A stretch of DNA of 64,000 nt from the human T2T-CHM13v2.0 reference genome, Homo sapiens. The translations under genes and the position numbers were made by a program. The stretch is from NCBI RefSeq assembly GCF_009914755.1, contig NC_060936.1. The stretch is one strand, 5' to 3'. The notes below the pieces were generated by a model. It saw only the letters and a program-made list of their open reading frames with translations. It made no database searches and was not told where the DNA came from. Below are positions 19,411 to 37,280 of the stretch, piece after piece. How positions within the stretch are numbered: position 1 is the first letter of the stretch; the number at the start of each line of letters is the position of its first letter.

Positions 19411-20825
19411 TCCCTGGATAAGAAAGGCACACGATGCGAGGAGCCTGGGTTCCCAAATCACTGGAGGAGGAAAGCTGTCCCCCAACCTAGAACACCCATA
19501 TTGGACTCTTTTATTTTATAGTATTTTATTTACTTATTTATTTGAGACAGGGTCTCACTCTGTCATTCAGGCTGGAGTGCAGTGGCACAATCATGGCTCA
19601 CTGCAGCCTCGACCTCCCCGGGTTCAAGTGATCCTCCCACCTCAGCCCCACCCCGAGTAGCTGGGACAACAGGCATGTGCCACCACTCCCAGCTAATTTT
19701 TGTATGTTTTTTAGGGATGAGGTTTCACCATGTTACCCAGGTTGGTCTTGAACTCCTGAGCTCAAGCGATCCACCTGCCTCGGCCTCCCGAAGTGCTGGG
19801 TTTACAGGCGTGAACCACTGTGCCTGGCCTGGGCTCTTTTATAAGTGAGAAGCTGCTCTCGTATCAAAACCCTCCACTCTGGGGGTTCCCTGTTACATTA
19901 GCTAACATGTTTTAACAAATGCAATGCTCAGTGTAGAAAGCTTGCAAAGAATAAAAACTTAAAGAGGAAAATATAAAACTCATTCAGGATCTCAACACTC
20001 GAGATTTGTCACATTTTTATGTATATTCCTCTAGCCTTTTCTGGATTATATATTGCACATATATCTTCATTCACTTACTTATTCAGCACATACTTCTTCA
20101 GTGCATACCATATGCATTTCTACATGATATTTCAATTTACTCAATTACATAAACAATATAGAAATATATCCTCCTTGTAAAAAATCAAAATGCCTAAATT
20201 CTCTCCTGATCTACTTCCACTGCCAGGAAAATTCTCCTCATAGGGCCCTACTATCAGGGATATCTTTGGAATGTATCTTCCCAGATATGTTCAAAAATAT
20301 ACACATGGAAAATAGAAAGTAAAATACATAAATGGTATCATATCATACATATTCTGCAATCTGCCTTTTCCATTCAGTAGTATGTCTTAAAATCTTGTCC
20401 ACATCAATACATAGACATCCACCTCATTCTTTTTTTTTTTTTTGAGATAGGGTTTTGCTCCATTGCCCAGGCTGGAGTACAGTGGCATGACCATGGCTCA
20501 CTGCAGCCTTCAACTCCTAGGCTCAAGTGATCCTCCCACCTCAGCCTTCTGAGTAGCTGGAACTACAGGTGTGCGCCACCACAGCCTGGCTCATTTTTAT
20601 TTTATTTTTTTAGAGAGAGGGTCTTGCTATGTTGCTCAGGCTGGTCTCAAACATCCGGGCTCAAGTGATCCTCCTGCCTCGGCCTCCCAAAGTGTTGGGA
20701 TTATAGGCATGAGCTACCGTGCCCACCACCTCATTCTTTTTAATGGTTTCTGGAAGCAGAGCATCCCCCACAGCCACTCTCCCCCCACTGCCCGTTCCCC
20801 AGCAGCTCCCAGACACCCCTCCTAC

Positions 20826-20907
20826 CTCAGGTGTGTAAACATATGCCGCTTGAAAGCCTCCAGAAATAAACGCTCTTGCAATGAAGAGTAACAGAGTGAG
20901 CACATTT
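20826..20907 (-). CDS. SVOP: SVOP coding exon
   Basis: 82 nt, phase 2-0; [27 protein letters not shown]; |gtagga donor. Confidence 0.97.
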
Positions 20908-21734
20908 CTAGGAGGAGGATAAAGGCAGATGATGGCATTTTTTTCTGTCTGCTTGTTTCAGCATAGTCCTATCTTCCCAGGCAGTATCAATGCCCTAGCA
21001 ATTGGCAAAGGTTACCCCTCCCCGATGCTCATTGATACAGACATGCAGGCACACATATTTCAGTATCATCTTGACAGTCCTGCTTTTGTAAGTTAATCAT
21101 TCCTCAAAGTAACAGGCTGAGAGATGGGAACACCTGTGGTGCCCAGGATGGGCACAAGATTAGGGAGAAGTGATATAAATAGTGGAAAGCTCAGACAGGA
21201 ATTTGGCTGAGGGTGGAGCAGGAATTGAGCCAGGGGCCAGCTGAGCTGGGGAAAGTAAACCACTATTTAGTATTCTTAGGATAATTCTGATCCCAACCCT
21301 CTGTCCCATTGTTCCCATAAATGTCCCAGAACACTAACATTTCAGGGTCGAAGCTACATCTCCCAATCTTCCTCAGACCAGGAGGTGGCCCACAGATTCC
21401 TCACTAGGTGTGGTCTGGGGCCTCTCAGAGATCAATAGAGGCATAAGCCATTTCTATATTTTGAGGCTCTTGGCAAATGGAAAAATGGAGAAATGTTAAA
21501 ACGGGATTACAAAACGATCTATTTGAAATATTTCCATTGAACAAGTTAACAGTTTTAACATATATATAAATAGCTACATTTATGATCTCATTGGGAGATG
21601 ATATCAAAAGTCTAAATATGGCATCATTAGAGCAAAACTGGGGCCAAAGTTCTCCCCTGACTACAACCCCCATCAGAGACCCTGATCTTTTATCCAGTTG
21701 TGAGGCAGCCATGACCCTCAGTCCTAATGAACAC

Positions 21735-22420
21735 CTACACCTTTTTACCTGTATCTGCACCCACTCCTGGGCCTGCACTGACACCTGCACCCCCACTTGT
21801 ACCCACACTTGGGCCAATACCCGCAACCTGGGCCGGCACCCACACCCTACACCCACACTTGGGCCTACACTCACACCTGGGTCTGTACCCCTACCTGCAC
21901 CCACACCTGCACCCATACTTGGGCCAATACCCACACCTGGGCCTCACCCACACTTGTACCTACACTTGGGCTTACACCCACACTTGGGCTTACACCCACA
22001 CCTGAGCCTCACCCACACCTGTACCTACACTTGAGCTTACACCCACATCTGGGCATCTACCCCACCTGTACCCACACTTGGGCCAATACCCACACCTGGG
22101 CCTGCACCCACACCTGGGCCTGCACCTATACCTGCACCCACACTTGGGCCTATACCCACACCTGGGCCTATACCCACACCTGGGCCTGCACCCACACCTG
22201 GGCCTATACCCACACCTGTGCCCACACTTGGGTCTATACACACACCTGGGTCTGCACCCATACCTGGGCATACACCAACACATGCACTCACACCTGTACC
22301 TGTACCCATATTCACACCTACACCCACACTTGGGCCTGCACCTCCACCTGGGCTTACATTAACACCTGGCCCGCACATCTACCTGGGCCTGCACCCACAC
22401 CTGCACCCACACCTCCACCT
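21735..22420 (+). repeat. VNTR/minisatellite, ~18-bp unit CCCACACCTGGGCCT(GC/AT)A built from 6/12-bp subunits
   Basis: About 35-40 degenerate units in the SVOP intron, ending ~40 bp from the exon donor at 22457. Confidence 0.93.
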
Positions 22421-22457
22421 GTGCTCAAACTCATACCTAGGCTTGCAGATCACCTAC

Positions 22458-22569
22458 CTTCCAACACAGATAAACAGCAGGAGGCTGCAGAAGGAGAAGA
22501 TGACAAAGCACAGGGCCATGGTCTTCTTGCGCCCCAGGCGGTCAATAATCCACAGAGTCACAAGGACAC
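22458..22569 (-). CDS. SVOP: SVOP coding exon
   Basis: 112 nt, phase 1-2; (G)[36 protein letters not shown] with MFS motif DRLGRK. Confidence 0.97.
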
Positions 22570-22599
22570 CTGGAAGGGGAGTGGGGAGAGATAGGCAGC

Positions 22600-23125
22600 T
22601 TCCGATGTGATTCCCAATGCCCTCCATCCTCGTAGCACAGCCTGTATCATCCCCTCCCCTGGAGGGTGGACTAGACTTAGTGACTCACTTCTAATGACTA
22701 GAAGACAGCAAAAGTGATAAGGTGTCACTTTTGAGGTCAGGTGATAAAAGACTGTGACTTCTGTCTTGGTGTTCTCTTTCCCTGGCCCTTCTCATATATT
22801 TGCTTTGATGGAGAAGGCCAGTTGGCAAGGAACTGAAGGTAGCCTCTGGCCAACAGCCAGCAAGGAACTGAGGCCCTCAGTGCAAAAACCTTCAAGGAAT
22901 GGAATCTTGCCAGCAACCATGTCAGTAAGCATGGGAGTGGATCCTGCCCCAGCTGAGCTTTCAGATGAGACTACAGACCCTGGGCCAATGCCTTGATTGC
23001 AGCCACATGAAATATGCTGAAGTAGAACACCCAGAGAAGCCACAACAACTGTGAGATCATAAGTGTGCATTGTTTTAAGCCACTACATTTTTGGGATGAT
23101 TTGTTACCTGGCAATAGATAACTAA
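22600..23125 (+). mobile_element. MLT1-type MaLR LTR
   Basis: gtgactcacttctaatgactagaa...ggcaaggaactga...cagatgagact...gcaatagataactaa. Confidence 0.75.
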
Positions 23126-24829
23126 CCCAGGCACCAGCAGGAGCCTGAATGATGACATTCACTGAATCCAGGGAACAGGATGTCTGGGTTCTAATGCCTC
23201 ATTTTCCCTTTAACTTGCCATGTGGTCTTGGGCTAGTCCCTTACCTCCTCTGAGCCTCATTTTCTTCTTCTATAAAATGGGCCTAAAAAATAACACACTC
23301 TACCTCAGTAGAGGCAGTATAGCATAGTGCTTATTAGTAATAATAATAACTGAATTTGAGATAAGCATTTTTACATCTTTTTTTTTTTTTTTTTTTGACA
23401 GAGCTTCACTCTGTCACCCAGGGTGGGGCGCAGTGGTGCGTGTGATATCAGCTTATTGCAATCTCCGCCTCCTGGGTTCAAGCGATTCCTGTGCCTCAGC
23501 CTGCTGAGTAGCTGGGACTACAGGTGCACGCCATCATGCCCAGCTAATTTTTGTAGTTTTAGTAGAGATGGAGTTTCATCATTTGGCCAGGCTGCTCTCG
23601 AACTCCTGACCTCAGGTAATCTGCCTGCCTTGGCCTCCCAAAGCACCAGGATTACAGGCATGAGCCACCATGCCCGGCCCCATTTTTACATCCATAATCT
23701 TGTTTAGTCATCAAAACGATCCTCTAAAATACATGCTATTAATTTATCAAATAGCATTTTTCCACAGTTATTCAGTCAATGAGCACCTACTGTGTGTCAG
23801 GAACTGTTCCAGGAGGTTGGGGCACATTAATGAACAAAACCAAATAAAACAATACACATAGTAAATAAAGAAGAATCTGGGTTTCAGAGAGGTAAAATCA
23901 CAGAAATGGTGACTGCTTCCAGTTACAGAAATGTCATGTAATGTGACTTTCTTAAAGTCACAGAAATGGAGATTGCAAATGCTGAGTTTAACTTCTAGCC
24001 TTCATTCTTACCTACTAAGCTGTGTGGGGAAAGGGTTTTAGAGGAAAGATAGACAGTGTAGTATGGGACTGAAGACTCTGAATTCTAGGGTGGCAGCACA
24101 GGTCTTAGCGCTGCCTGCTGTGGGGTACTCAGTATCATAGTTGGGTTTTCCCAGAAGCAAACCCTGAGACAAGGATGCAAGTGCAAGGCATCGACTTGGG
24201 AGGTAATCCAAGAAAGGACCAGCAGGAGAGTGGGGAAGTAAATTTGGGAAGGGAAAGCAACAAACAAAAGGTGGGTATCAAGCAGTTGCCCACTACTGTG
24301 GGCAACTGGAGCTGAATTCCACTGGGGGACTCAAAAGCCAGCATAGAACATGCGCCTTGGAGTTTTCCTGCTGATGGGCAAGGACGCTGGGGTATTTGTC
24401 CACCAAATCCCACAGTATTGTTTAAAGGCTGCTCCCAGGTGCTAACTCCTTGGCACTTCCAGCTACCTTGCTTGCTTTTAGATACAGACACTTCTCATTC
24501 CTTCTGAGATAGTCTTCAGGCACAGAATCCTAGCAGTTGCAAGTTGCGGGAACAGTTTCTGCTACACTGGGCAAATTATGTCACCACTCTGAGCCTCAGT
24601 TTCTTCAGCTGTAAAATGGGAATAACTAAACGACTTCACAAGATTAAATAAGATTGCATCTGTAAGACATTTAACACAGGCCTTGGCATACAACAGGTAC
24701 TCAATAAATACTAGAAGTTATTGTAGTTGTAATAATTATTCCTCTTAAAAGAAAAAAAGATAGATCACCTTTGCATCACGTGCAGGTTTGGATTTTTGAC
24801 ACTCTACTGTTCCTTTCCAGTGTGCCTGG

Positions 24830-25326
24830 TGTTGGAGGATGATTCTCCATGGGTTTCTCATATTTCTACACATCTTATGAGCAGAGGGATCAGCTGCCCT
24901 TTTGGACCAGGCTACCATGTCAGAGTTGTTTGTACAGCAAACAACCTTGGAAGATAGGGATACTGTTTCCCTCTGGAGCAAAGGGCAGGTTGGCTTATCG
25001 TCCAATATAATAAAGATGATGTCTCCCTTAGGGAGGTTTCTGGCAGGCTATTATAAAATATTTGGGTTCCCTAAGCTTGGGGTTCCCCAGCTGTGTTGAA
25101 AATCCATTGCATGTGTAGCCTCCACGTGGGTCCTTCCTCATCATCCCCATGGGACTTGGGGGCAAGGGAAACAGTCACCAAGGTACTACTCAAGCTGCTT
25201 GCTATAATAGTCTTTTGTCTCTGACCCAGGAGTCTCATGTCTTCTGCCAGCATGCATGAAACTGGGCAGCTTAACTTGACAGCCTTCAAGTAGGGTAACA
25301 TCTCAGCCCCTTCACAGTTCTTGACA
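24830..25326 (+). mobile_element. LTR47-like solo LTR
   Basis: TG...CA ends: tgttggagga..attctccatggg ... cagttcttgaca. Confidence 0.7.
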
Positions 25327-25472
25327 ACTTATAGTTAAGGATTGAAAAACAAAGTCCCTCGCTGACTAAAAATGGGATTTGCTTCCAGGTGGGGTAGACA
25401 GAGCCACCAGCTGAACAATTGCCATATTCCCAGGCTTGCCTGACACAGCTTCACCTTGCACAGGTCCCTCAC

Positions 25473-25580
25473 CTGGAAACTCAGAGAGGGTGGTCCACAG
25501 CAAGTCCATGTAATCCTCCTCACTCAGGTACTCGCAGGCCAGGCTGCATTTTGCCTCTACAGCCTTCTTCCGACTGGAGA
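25473..25580 (-). CDS. SVOP: SVOP coding exon
   Basis: 108 nt, phase 1-1; (I)[35 protein letters not shown]; |gtgagg donor. Confidence 0.97.
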
Positions 25581-25884
25581 CTGGGGTTGGGAGAGAGAAA
25601 GAGAGGGGGAGACATATACAGAGTCTTGAATCACACCTTCCTGCTCCCCATACCTCCTTCCCTGGGGTGATTCAGTTTAGATGCCATAGAAAGAGCCCAG
25701 ACTCAGAGACAGACAGATTCATGTTTGAACACCAAGCCGCAGTGCTCCAGCTTCATCTCTCTAAGTGTGAGTTTCCTCATAAAACTGGGGCAAATAAAAG
25801 CACCATGTAAAGGGATTGAGAGACTGAAAGTGGGCTATGCGTATGAATGTGCTTAGTACAGAATTGGCACGTAGTAGGCACTTT

Positions 25885-26510
25885 AGTGGCAGACAGACTC
25901 TAGGGTGGCCCCCATGATCCCCACTTCCTGGTAGTCATATTCTTGTGTAATCCCCTCCCCTTGATTGTGTAGATGGGGCCTGTGACTTGCTTCTAGCCAA
26001 CAGAGTACAGCAAAGGTGACAGGATGTATGTGATTGCATTAAACAAGACTGAAATGCCCATTGTGCAGGACTGTCTCTTATGCTTTTCCTTGATGACTAT
26101 GAAGGAGCAAGTGGCCATGTAGGTGGCCTATGTGGTGGCAAGGAGTGGAGGGGAGCCTCTAGTTGCTGAGGGCAGCCTCAGTTGACAGCCAGCAAGAATT
26201 TGAAGCTCTCAGTCCTACAACCACAAGGAATTGAATGCTACCAACAACCAACATAGGTGGGGTGGTGGGTCCTTCCACAGTTGAGCTTCCAGATGAGAAC
26301 ACAGACCTCCAGTCCTGGCTGATGCCTTGATTGCAGCCTGGCAAAGGACCCTGCTAAGTTGTGTCCAGACTCCTGACCTACAGAAGCTATGAGATGATAA
26401 GTGTGTGCTGTCTCAGGCCACTAAGAAACAACACACATTTATCATCTCATAGTTTCTGTAGGTCAGGAGTTTGTGGTAATTCTGTTATGCACCAATAGAT
26501 AACTAATACA
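25885..26510 (+). mobile_element. MLT1-type MaLR LTR containing an internal inverted duplication
   Basis: gtggcagacagactct...tgtgacttgcttctagccaacagag...caatagataactaataca. Confidence 0.8.
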
Positions 26511-26719
26511 TGGTTATCACCTGTTCCTGTCCCTCACCATCTACCCCTAACCTTTTTATTGAAAGCGAATTGGAGTGGAACCCAATGGCCAAAGAGGTGA
26601 TGGAAACAAGATCTCATCCCTGTTCCAGGCAGAGTTAATAAAGAAGGATGAATGCTACATTGCTCCCTTCCTGACCTTGCTTTACTCTCAAACTATGGGA
26701 CTAATCTCCTAAAGATAGA

Positions 26720-27108
26720 GGTGAAATGGTCTGAAATGTGTCCCTCCAAAATTCATGTTGAAACCTAATCTCCATTGTGTTGGTATTAAGAGGTAGGGAC
26801 TTTGGGGAAGTGATTAAGTCATGAAGGCTCTTCCATCATGAATGGGATTAGTGTCTTCATTAAAGAGGTTGAAGGGAGCTCCCCAGCCCTTATGCCATCT
26901 GAGGACACAGTGTTTGCCCCTTTTATCATGTGAGGATGCCACAAGAAGATGCTGTCTATAAAGCAGAGAGCTCTCCCCAGACACTGAATCTACTGGTGCC
27001 TTGATTTTAGACTTCCCAGCCCCCCAGGACCGACAGAAATAAATTTCTGTTGTTTCTAAGTTACCCAGTCTAAGGTATTTTGTTATAGCAGTCCAAATTG
27101 ATTCACAC
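26720..27108 (+). mobile_element. MST/MLT1A-type MaLR LTR
   Basis: aatgtgtccctccaaaattcatgttgaaacctaatc...ggtattttgttatagcag. Confidence 0.8.
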
Positions 27109-27345
27109 ACCCTATCTGAACCAGCCATTTAACAGGCAAGACTCAGAGAGGGTGAGTGTCCCCCAAAGTTGCTCCACCTACACTTTCCCCATCTCAGTTG
27201 TGGCATCTCCATCCTTCCAGTTGCTCAGGCAGAAAGCCTTGGAGGTATCCTTGACTATTCTCTTTTATTATACCCTACGGCCAACCCATCAGCTGTTCAA
27301 CCTTCAAAATATATTAGAATAGGATTGGCCACATCTCATCACTGC

Positions 27346-28130
27346 TGAGACAGAGCAGGGACCCTGTCTCAGGAGGCTTCTGCCCACCACCCCCAAACAT
27401 GGAAATAAAGGAAAATCTTGAGTCCCTTCAAGAGAAATACCAGGCACCTAGCTAGCCTTGAGAAGTAACTGAAGAACTTAATAAACAGGAAGGTAAAAAT
27501 ACCTTAAAATAATAGCCACCCAAGAAGGTTAGAGCCACAGGATGTTTGGTTCCCTATAGAAACTAAAGATAACATCTTAACATATGTCCCTGAGTTGGTT
27601 TCAGAAACCCAGAATCCACCAGATGGAAAATGCTGACCACCATTGAGTAGACATAATAGATAAGGGAGAACTGAGGACTCAACTCTGACCACTGCCCTTG
27701 ATTATAAATCTTTTCCTGAGGGGCCTAGAGAGAGTCAGGCCCACAGGCCAAACCTTAACACTCCTTCCTGCTGACCTCAAGTTTTTGAAAAAGCCTTCCT
27801 TTTTTTTTTTACCAATTACAAATCAAAGAATCTCTAAGTCCACCTGTAAGGCCCCCTGATCCTCAAGATATCCCAATTTCAGGGTCCAAACCAAGGTATA
27901 GTTTCCATGGATTGACCTCTGATTTTGCCTGTAACTTCTACTTTCCTAAAATGTACCCCTGCCTTTAAAAATCCTTGTTTATAAGCCATCCAGGAGGTCG
28001 GATCTTCAGTGTGAACTGCTTGTTTCTCCTTGCTTGGCATCCTGCAAATAAACGCCCTCCTTTCTCCTACTGCAAACTTCAGTGTAGATGTTTGGCTTTA
28101 CCGTGCCGGGGGAGGTTCGGTTCAGTAATA
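27346..28130 (+). mobile_element. ERV1-class solo LTR (MER4 group) with TSD CTGC
   Basis: tgagacagagcaggg start; AATAAA near 28047; ctgc at 27342-27345 and 28131-28134. Confidence 0.75.
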
Positions 28131-28645
28131 CTGCCGCCATCTTGGTCTGAGCCATCGTCAACCATCCTCTCTCATCTGGATTACCAAAATAACCTTCCAA
28201 CTAGTCTACCTGCTTCTACGCTTGTACTCACTTTCTCCCCTGACCTCTCCACCCAGCCATGGTCTATTTCCAACACGTCAGTCAAAGGGATACTTTTTAA
28301 ACCTAAGTCAAATCACTGTTATTCCTCTGCCTAAAACTCTGCAATGACCTCCCATGACACATAGAGTAAAAGCCAAAGTCCTTCAAAAATCTTTAAGGCC
28401 CTATATTATCTGGCACTTAACACATCCTTGACCCCACCTTCTACTTCTTCCCCTGTTGCTCCACTCACTCTACTCCAGCACACTGGTCTCCTTGCTGTTC
28501 CTTTGGCAAGTAAGGCATGCACCTGCCTCAGGATCTTTGCACTGGCTGATCTCTCTTCCTGAATTGCCCTTTATCCCTCCCCATGATGAATTTCCTCACT
28601 TCCTTCAAGTCTTTGAATTTCACCTTCTCATTGAGGCCACCCTGA

Positions 28646-29002
<357 letters not shown>

Positions 29003-29219
29003 TTGTTGCCATCTTTATGTTCATGAGTACCCAATGTTTAGCTCCCACTTATAAGTAAGAACATGTCGTATTTGGTTTTCTGTTCTTGTGCTAATTTGCT
29101 TAGGGTAATGGCCTCCAGCTGCCTCCATGCTGCTGCAAAGGACATGATTTTGTTCTTTTTTATGGCTGTGTAGTATTTCATGGTGTACTGGTACCATATT
29201 TTCTTAACCCAATCCACAG
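29003..29219 (-). mobile_element. L1 3' fragment (L1PB-like), end of ORF2/start of 3' UTR, joined to U6
   Basis: aagaaaatatggtac...atactacacagccataaaaaagaac...ataagtgggagctaaac on - strand; translates KKIWY.YTMKYYTAIKKN like the ORF2 C-terminus. Confidence 0.9.
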
Positions 29220-29324
29220 AAATATGGCATGCTTCATCAATTTGCATGGAATCCTTGTGCAGAGTCCATGCTAATTTTCTCTGTATTGTTCTAATTTTAG
29301 TATATGTGCTGCTGAAGTAAGCAT
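29220..29324 (-). pseudogene. Full-length U6 snRNA retropseudogene, fused to an L1 3' segment
   Basis: Reverse complement ATGCTTACTTCAGCAGCACATATACTAAAATTAGAACAATACAGAGAAAATTAGCATGG...GCCATATTT aligns end-to-end with U6, with many CpG-type substitutions. Confidence 0.95.
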
Positions 29325-29610
29325 GTGTGAAAGACTTTGAAATGGGCAAAAATGTCTTGTAGTTGTACCTTTATAGGTTACCTTCACCTGTCATTGTCTT
29401 TGAGCTATGTTGTAGAAAAATGATAGTAATGTAAATGATTCTAGTATTAATACATAGAAATGCAAATAGTGCCTGGTGGTGATGCAGTTGACTGCCCTAT
29501 ACATATTGACCAGTTTTGCCTCTAATTGTAAATTCACTTCAGCATTTCTGATTGCCTGTATATGTGTTTGCTTTGACTTCTCCTTTGAACCAGTTGTACC
29601 CTCTTATTTG

Positions 29611-30119
29611 TGTTAGTAGACAATTCTCTTTGGGTCTCTGACATTTCTGCATGTTTTGAGTAGATGCGCTGACTACCTTTGTTCTGGACTATATTTTCAA
29701 GGATATTTGTTTAGCAAACAGCCTTGGAAGAAAGAGAATGTCTCCCCTTGGCTCAAATAGTAGTTTGCTTATGGCTTTCGAAGATAAAATGTCTCTCTCC
29801 AGAGCAAAGGACAGGCATGCTTACTGTCTAGTATAAAAGGTTGGGGTTCCCTAAGCTCAGGGATCTTCTCTTGTTACACAACTCAATACTTTTGTTGGTA
29901 TTGCCTGCCCCTCTTCATGTTACCCTGGGGGATTGGGGGCTTGAGGAACTGGTGTAGGAAAATGCCGATACTCTGGCTACTGCAATTGCTATGAGTAATA
30001 TGGTCCTTTGTCTCTGACCCAGGAGTGTTGTGTCCTCTGCTAGCACCTGTGGGAGCTGTGAAAGGCTAACTTGTCAGCTTGCAAATAGGTCACACTCAGA
30101 CTTTAAGTAATTCTTAACT
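29611..30119 (+). mobile_element. LTR47-like solo LTR
   Basis: tgttagtagacaattctc...ggttccctaagctcaggg...tttgtctctgacccaggag; similar to 24830-25326. Confidence 0.7.
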
Positions 30120-30350
30120 GATTCATTTATTAATTAATGAGTTAATTGAAGTCTGTCATGTATTAATTTTATATTTGTACGAGAGGCATGATTTTACCTT
30201 TTGTTTAAAATTTTTCCTTTAACTCATCTATCACCTTGTAATATACTATATAATTTCTCATCATGCTATTGTCTCCCCTTCCCCCCAAATATAAGCCCAC
30301 AGGGCAGAAATATTTGTCTTTTGTAATTAGAATTCACTGACGTATTCTAA

Positions 30351-32629
<2,279 letters not shown>

Positions 32630-32794
32630 CTGACACATAGACCAGTACCTGGCGTGTAGAAAATACATACTAAGTAAATGACTTGCCCAAAGTGACACAG
32701 GTACTTGGTGCTGGAACCCAGGTCTCCTAATTTCCAGCTGTGGGCTTGTTCTACAGTTTTACTTTCCCACCCAGGTATAAGAGAGAGCTTTTCA

Positions 32795-33790
<996 letters not shown>

Positions 33791-34332
33791 TTTTACGACA
33801 TTCCCCTGAATCCTTAGTTTAAGCATTAGGATGCTTAGCTTAAGCATTCTACTCTTAGGAGAGGCAATCTGTGCTCAGTCAATACCAAACCCTGTGATTG
33901 ACTCTACAATCAAAGCACATCAGCAGAGCATTTAACACAGACTCTCCCACACCCCCACAGTGAGATGGGACTCCACTACCTCACTCAATCCTTATACCAA
34001 TAAACAAAACTATTAACTATGATTATAGAGGCCTAATATAAAAGATAATTGGGCAAACCCCGAACACAAGCAGGAACTTGATTCTTTTATCCTCTAACCT
34101 GAGTTCAATGCTGAGAATTTAGTGTTATCTTAAAAGTCAGAATGGCTTAAAAGCACAGGCATAAAAAAGCATATAGACTTTTCTTTGCATTTGTTTCTTT
34201 TTGTCCAGAGGTTCCCACCTCCAGCTGCACAATAGAATCACATGGAGAGCTTTTAAAACTTACTAATGCTTGAGCTCCACCTGCTCTCCCAAGTCCTGAT
34301 TAAATGGGTCTGGGCACTGTTTAAAAGCTTCC

Positions 34333-34650
<318 letters not shown>

Positions 34651-35242
34651 TTATGTGGCCGTGGTGGAGAGCCAACTTGGTCCTCAAACTTAATGTGCAC
34701 ATTAGAATTATTGCTCAGGATCATATCCATAAAGCTCTGAGTACTATACTTCGTGAGGGCTCTTTAGGGGATTTGCGATGATAATTTTATTTTTTTATTT
34801 TTATTTTTTTTACACACACAGAGTCTCGCTCTCACCCAGGCTGGATTGCCGAGGCACAATCATGGCTCACGGCAGCCTGGAACTCATGGGCTCAGGCAGC
34901 CCTTCTGCCTCAGCCTCCCAGCTAGTAGCTAGGACTACAGGCACACACCACCATGCCCAGCTAATTTTTTAAATTTTTTGTAGAGACAGGGTCTTGCCAT
35001 GTTGTCCAGGCTGTTCTTGAACTCCTGGCCTCAAGTGATCCTCCTGCCTCTTCCTCCCAAACCGCTAGGATTATGGGTGTGAGACACCATACCCAGCCAT
35101 AATTTTAACCTATATTACATTTTCACCTTAAAATACTATTAGGCCCAGGAGATCAAGGCTGCAGTGAGCTATGATCACACCACTGCTCTCCAGCCTGGGT
35201 AACAGAGCAAGACCCTGTCTCAAAAAAAAGAAAAAGTAATGC

Positions 35243-36753
<1,511 letters not shown>

Positions 36754-36976
36754 GTGCGAACTTCAGAGCCCAAACCCTGACATAAGATGTGGCTCCTCTA
36801 AGATTAGCTCCATCGCGACAAGACTGTCCAGGTTTCTACAGAGTGTCTTGGAAACCACAGAAGTAGTACAAGGCCAATCCCTTAAGGGCAGAGCCTGGGG
36901 TGGGAGTGTGTGCATGACTGTGTATGTGCCGAGGGTGTGGGAGTAGTTAGCTGGCAAAGACAACCAAGATACTCAC

Positions 36977-37053
36977 TGCCGCAGACATCTCCTGCCTGGA
37001 AGAGTTCTGTGGTGAGTAGAACTAACCCGTAGTAAGAGAATGCATTGGAAAAC
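36977..37053 (-). CDS. SVOP: SVOP coding exon
   Basis: 77 nt, phase 2-1; [25 protein letters not shown]; |gtgagt donor. Confidence 0.97.
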
Positions 37054-37280
37054 CTGCCAGGAGAAAGCAAGAAAGGTAAAGAAATGATCAGAGGAACACC
37101 AGTCCCCTTTCCCTACCCCCTTGGGAAGGGCCAATGTCTACAGCAGCAGGGACCAGTCTTTGGGCTTCACTGGGATTTTGGGGGCTTTACTGGGGACCTT
37201 GAGCAAGAAGATGGTAGGTAAAAAAGCATCACGATATGATCAAAGGGAAGTGATCCTGTGTCCTTTGAAAGACCAAGAAC

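Noticed and set aside
21735-22420. CRISPR-like repeat array
   Set aside because: Eukaryotic tandem repeat with no unique spacers and no cas genes
21797-22594. 265-aa HTWAYT-repeat ORF and other overlapping repeat ORFs
   Set aside because: Produced by an 18-bp VNTR without stop codons; lies antisense to and within an SVOP intron
29220-29324. Functional U6 snRNA gene
   Set aside because: Many substitutions, no recognisable upstream PSE/TATA, and 3' fusion to L1
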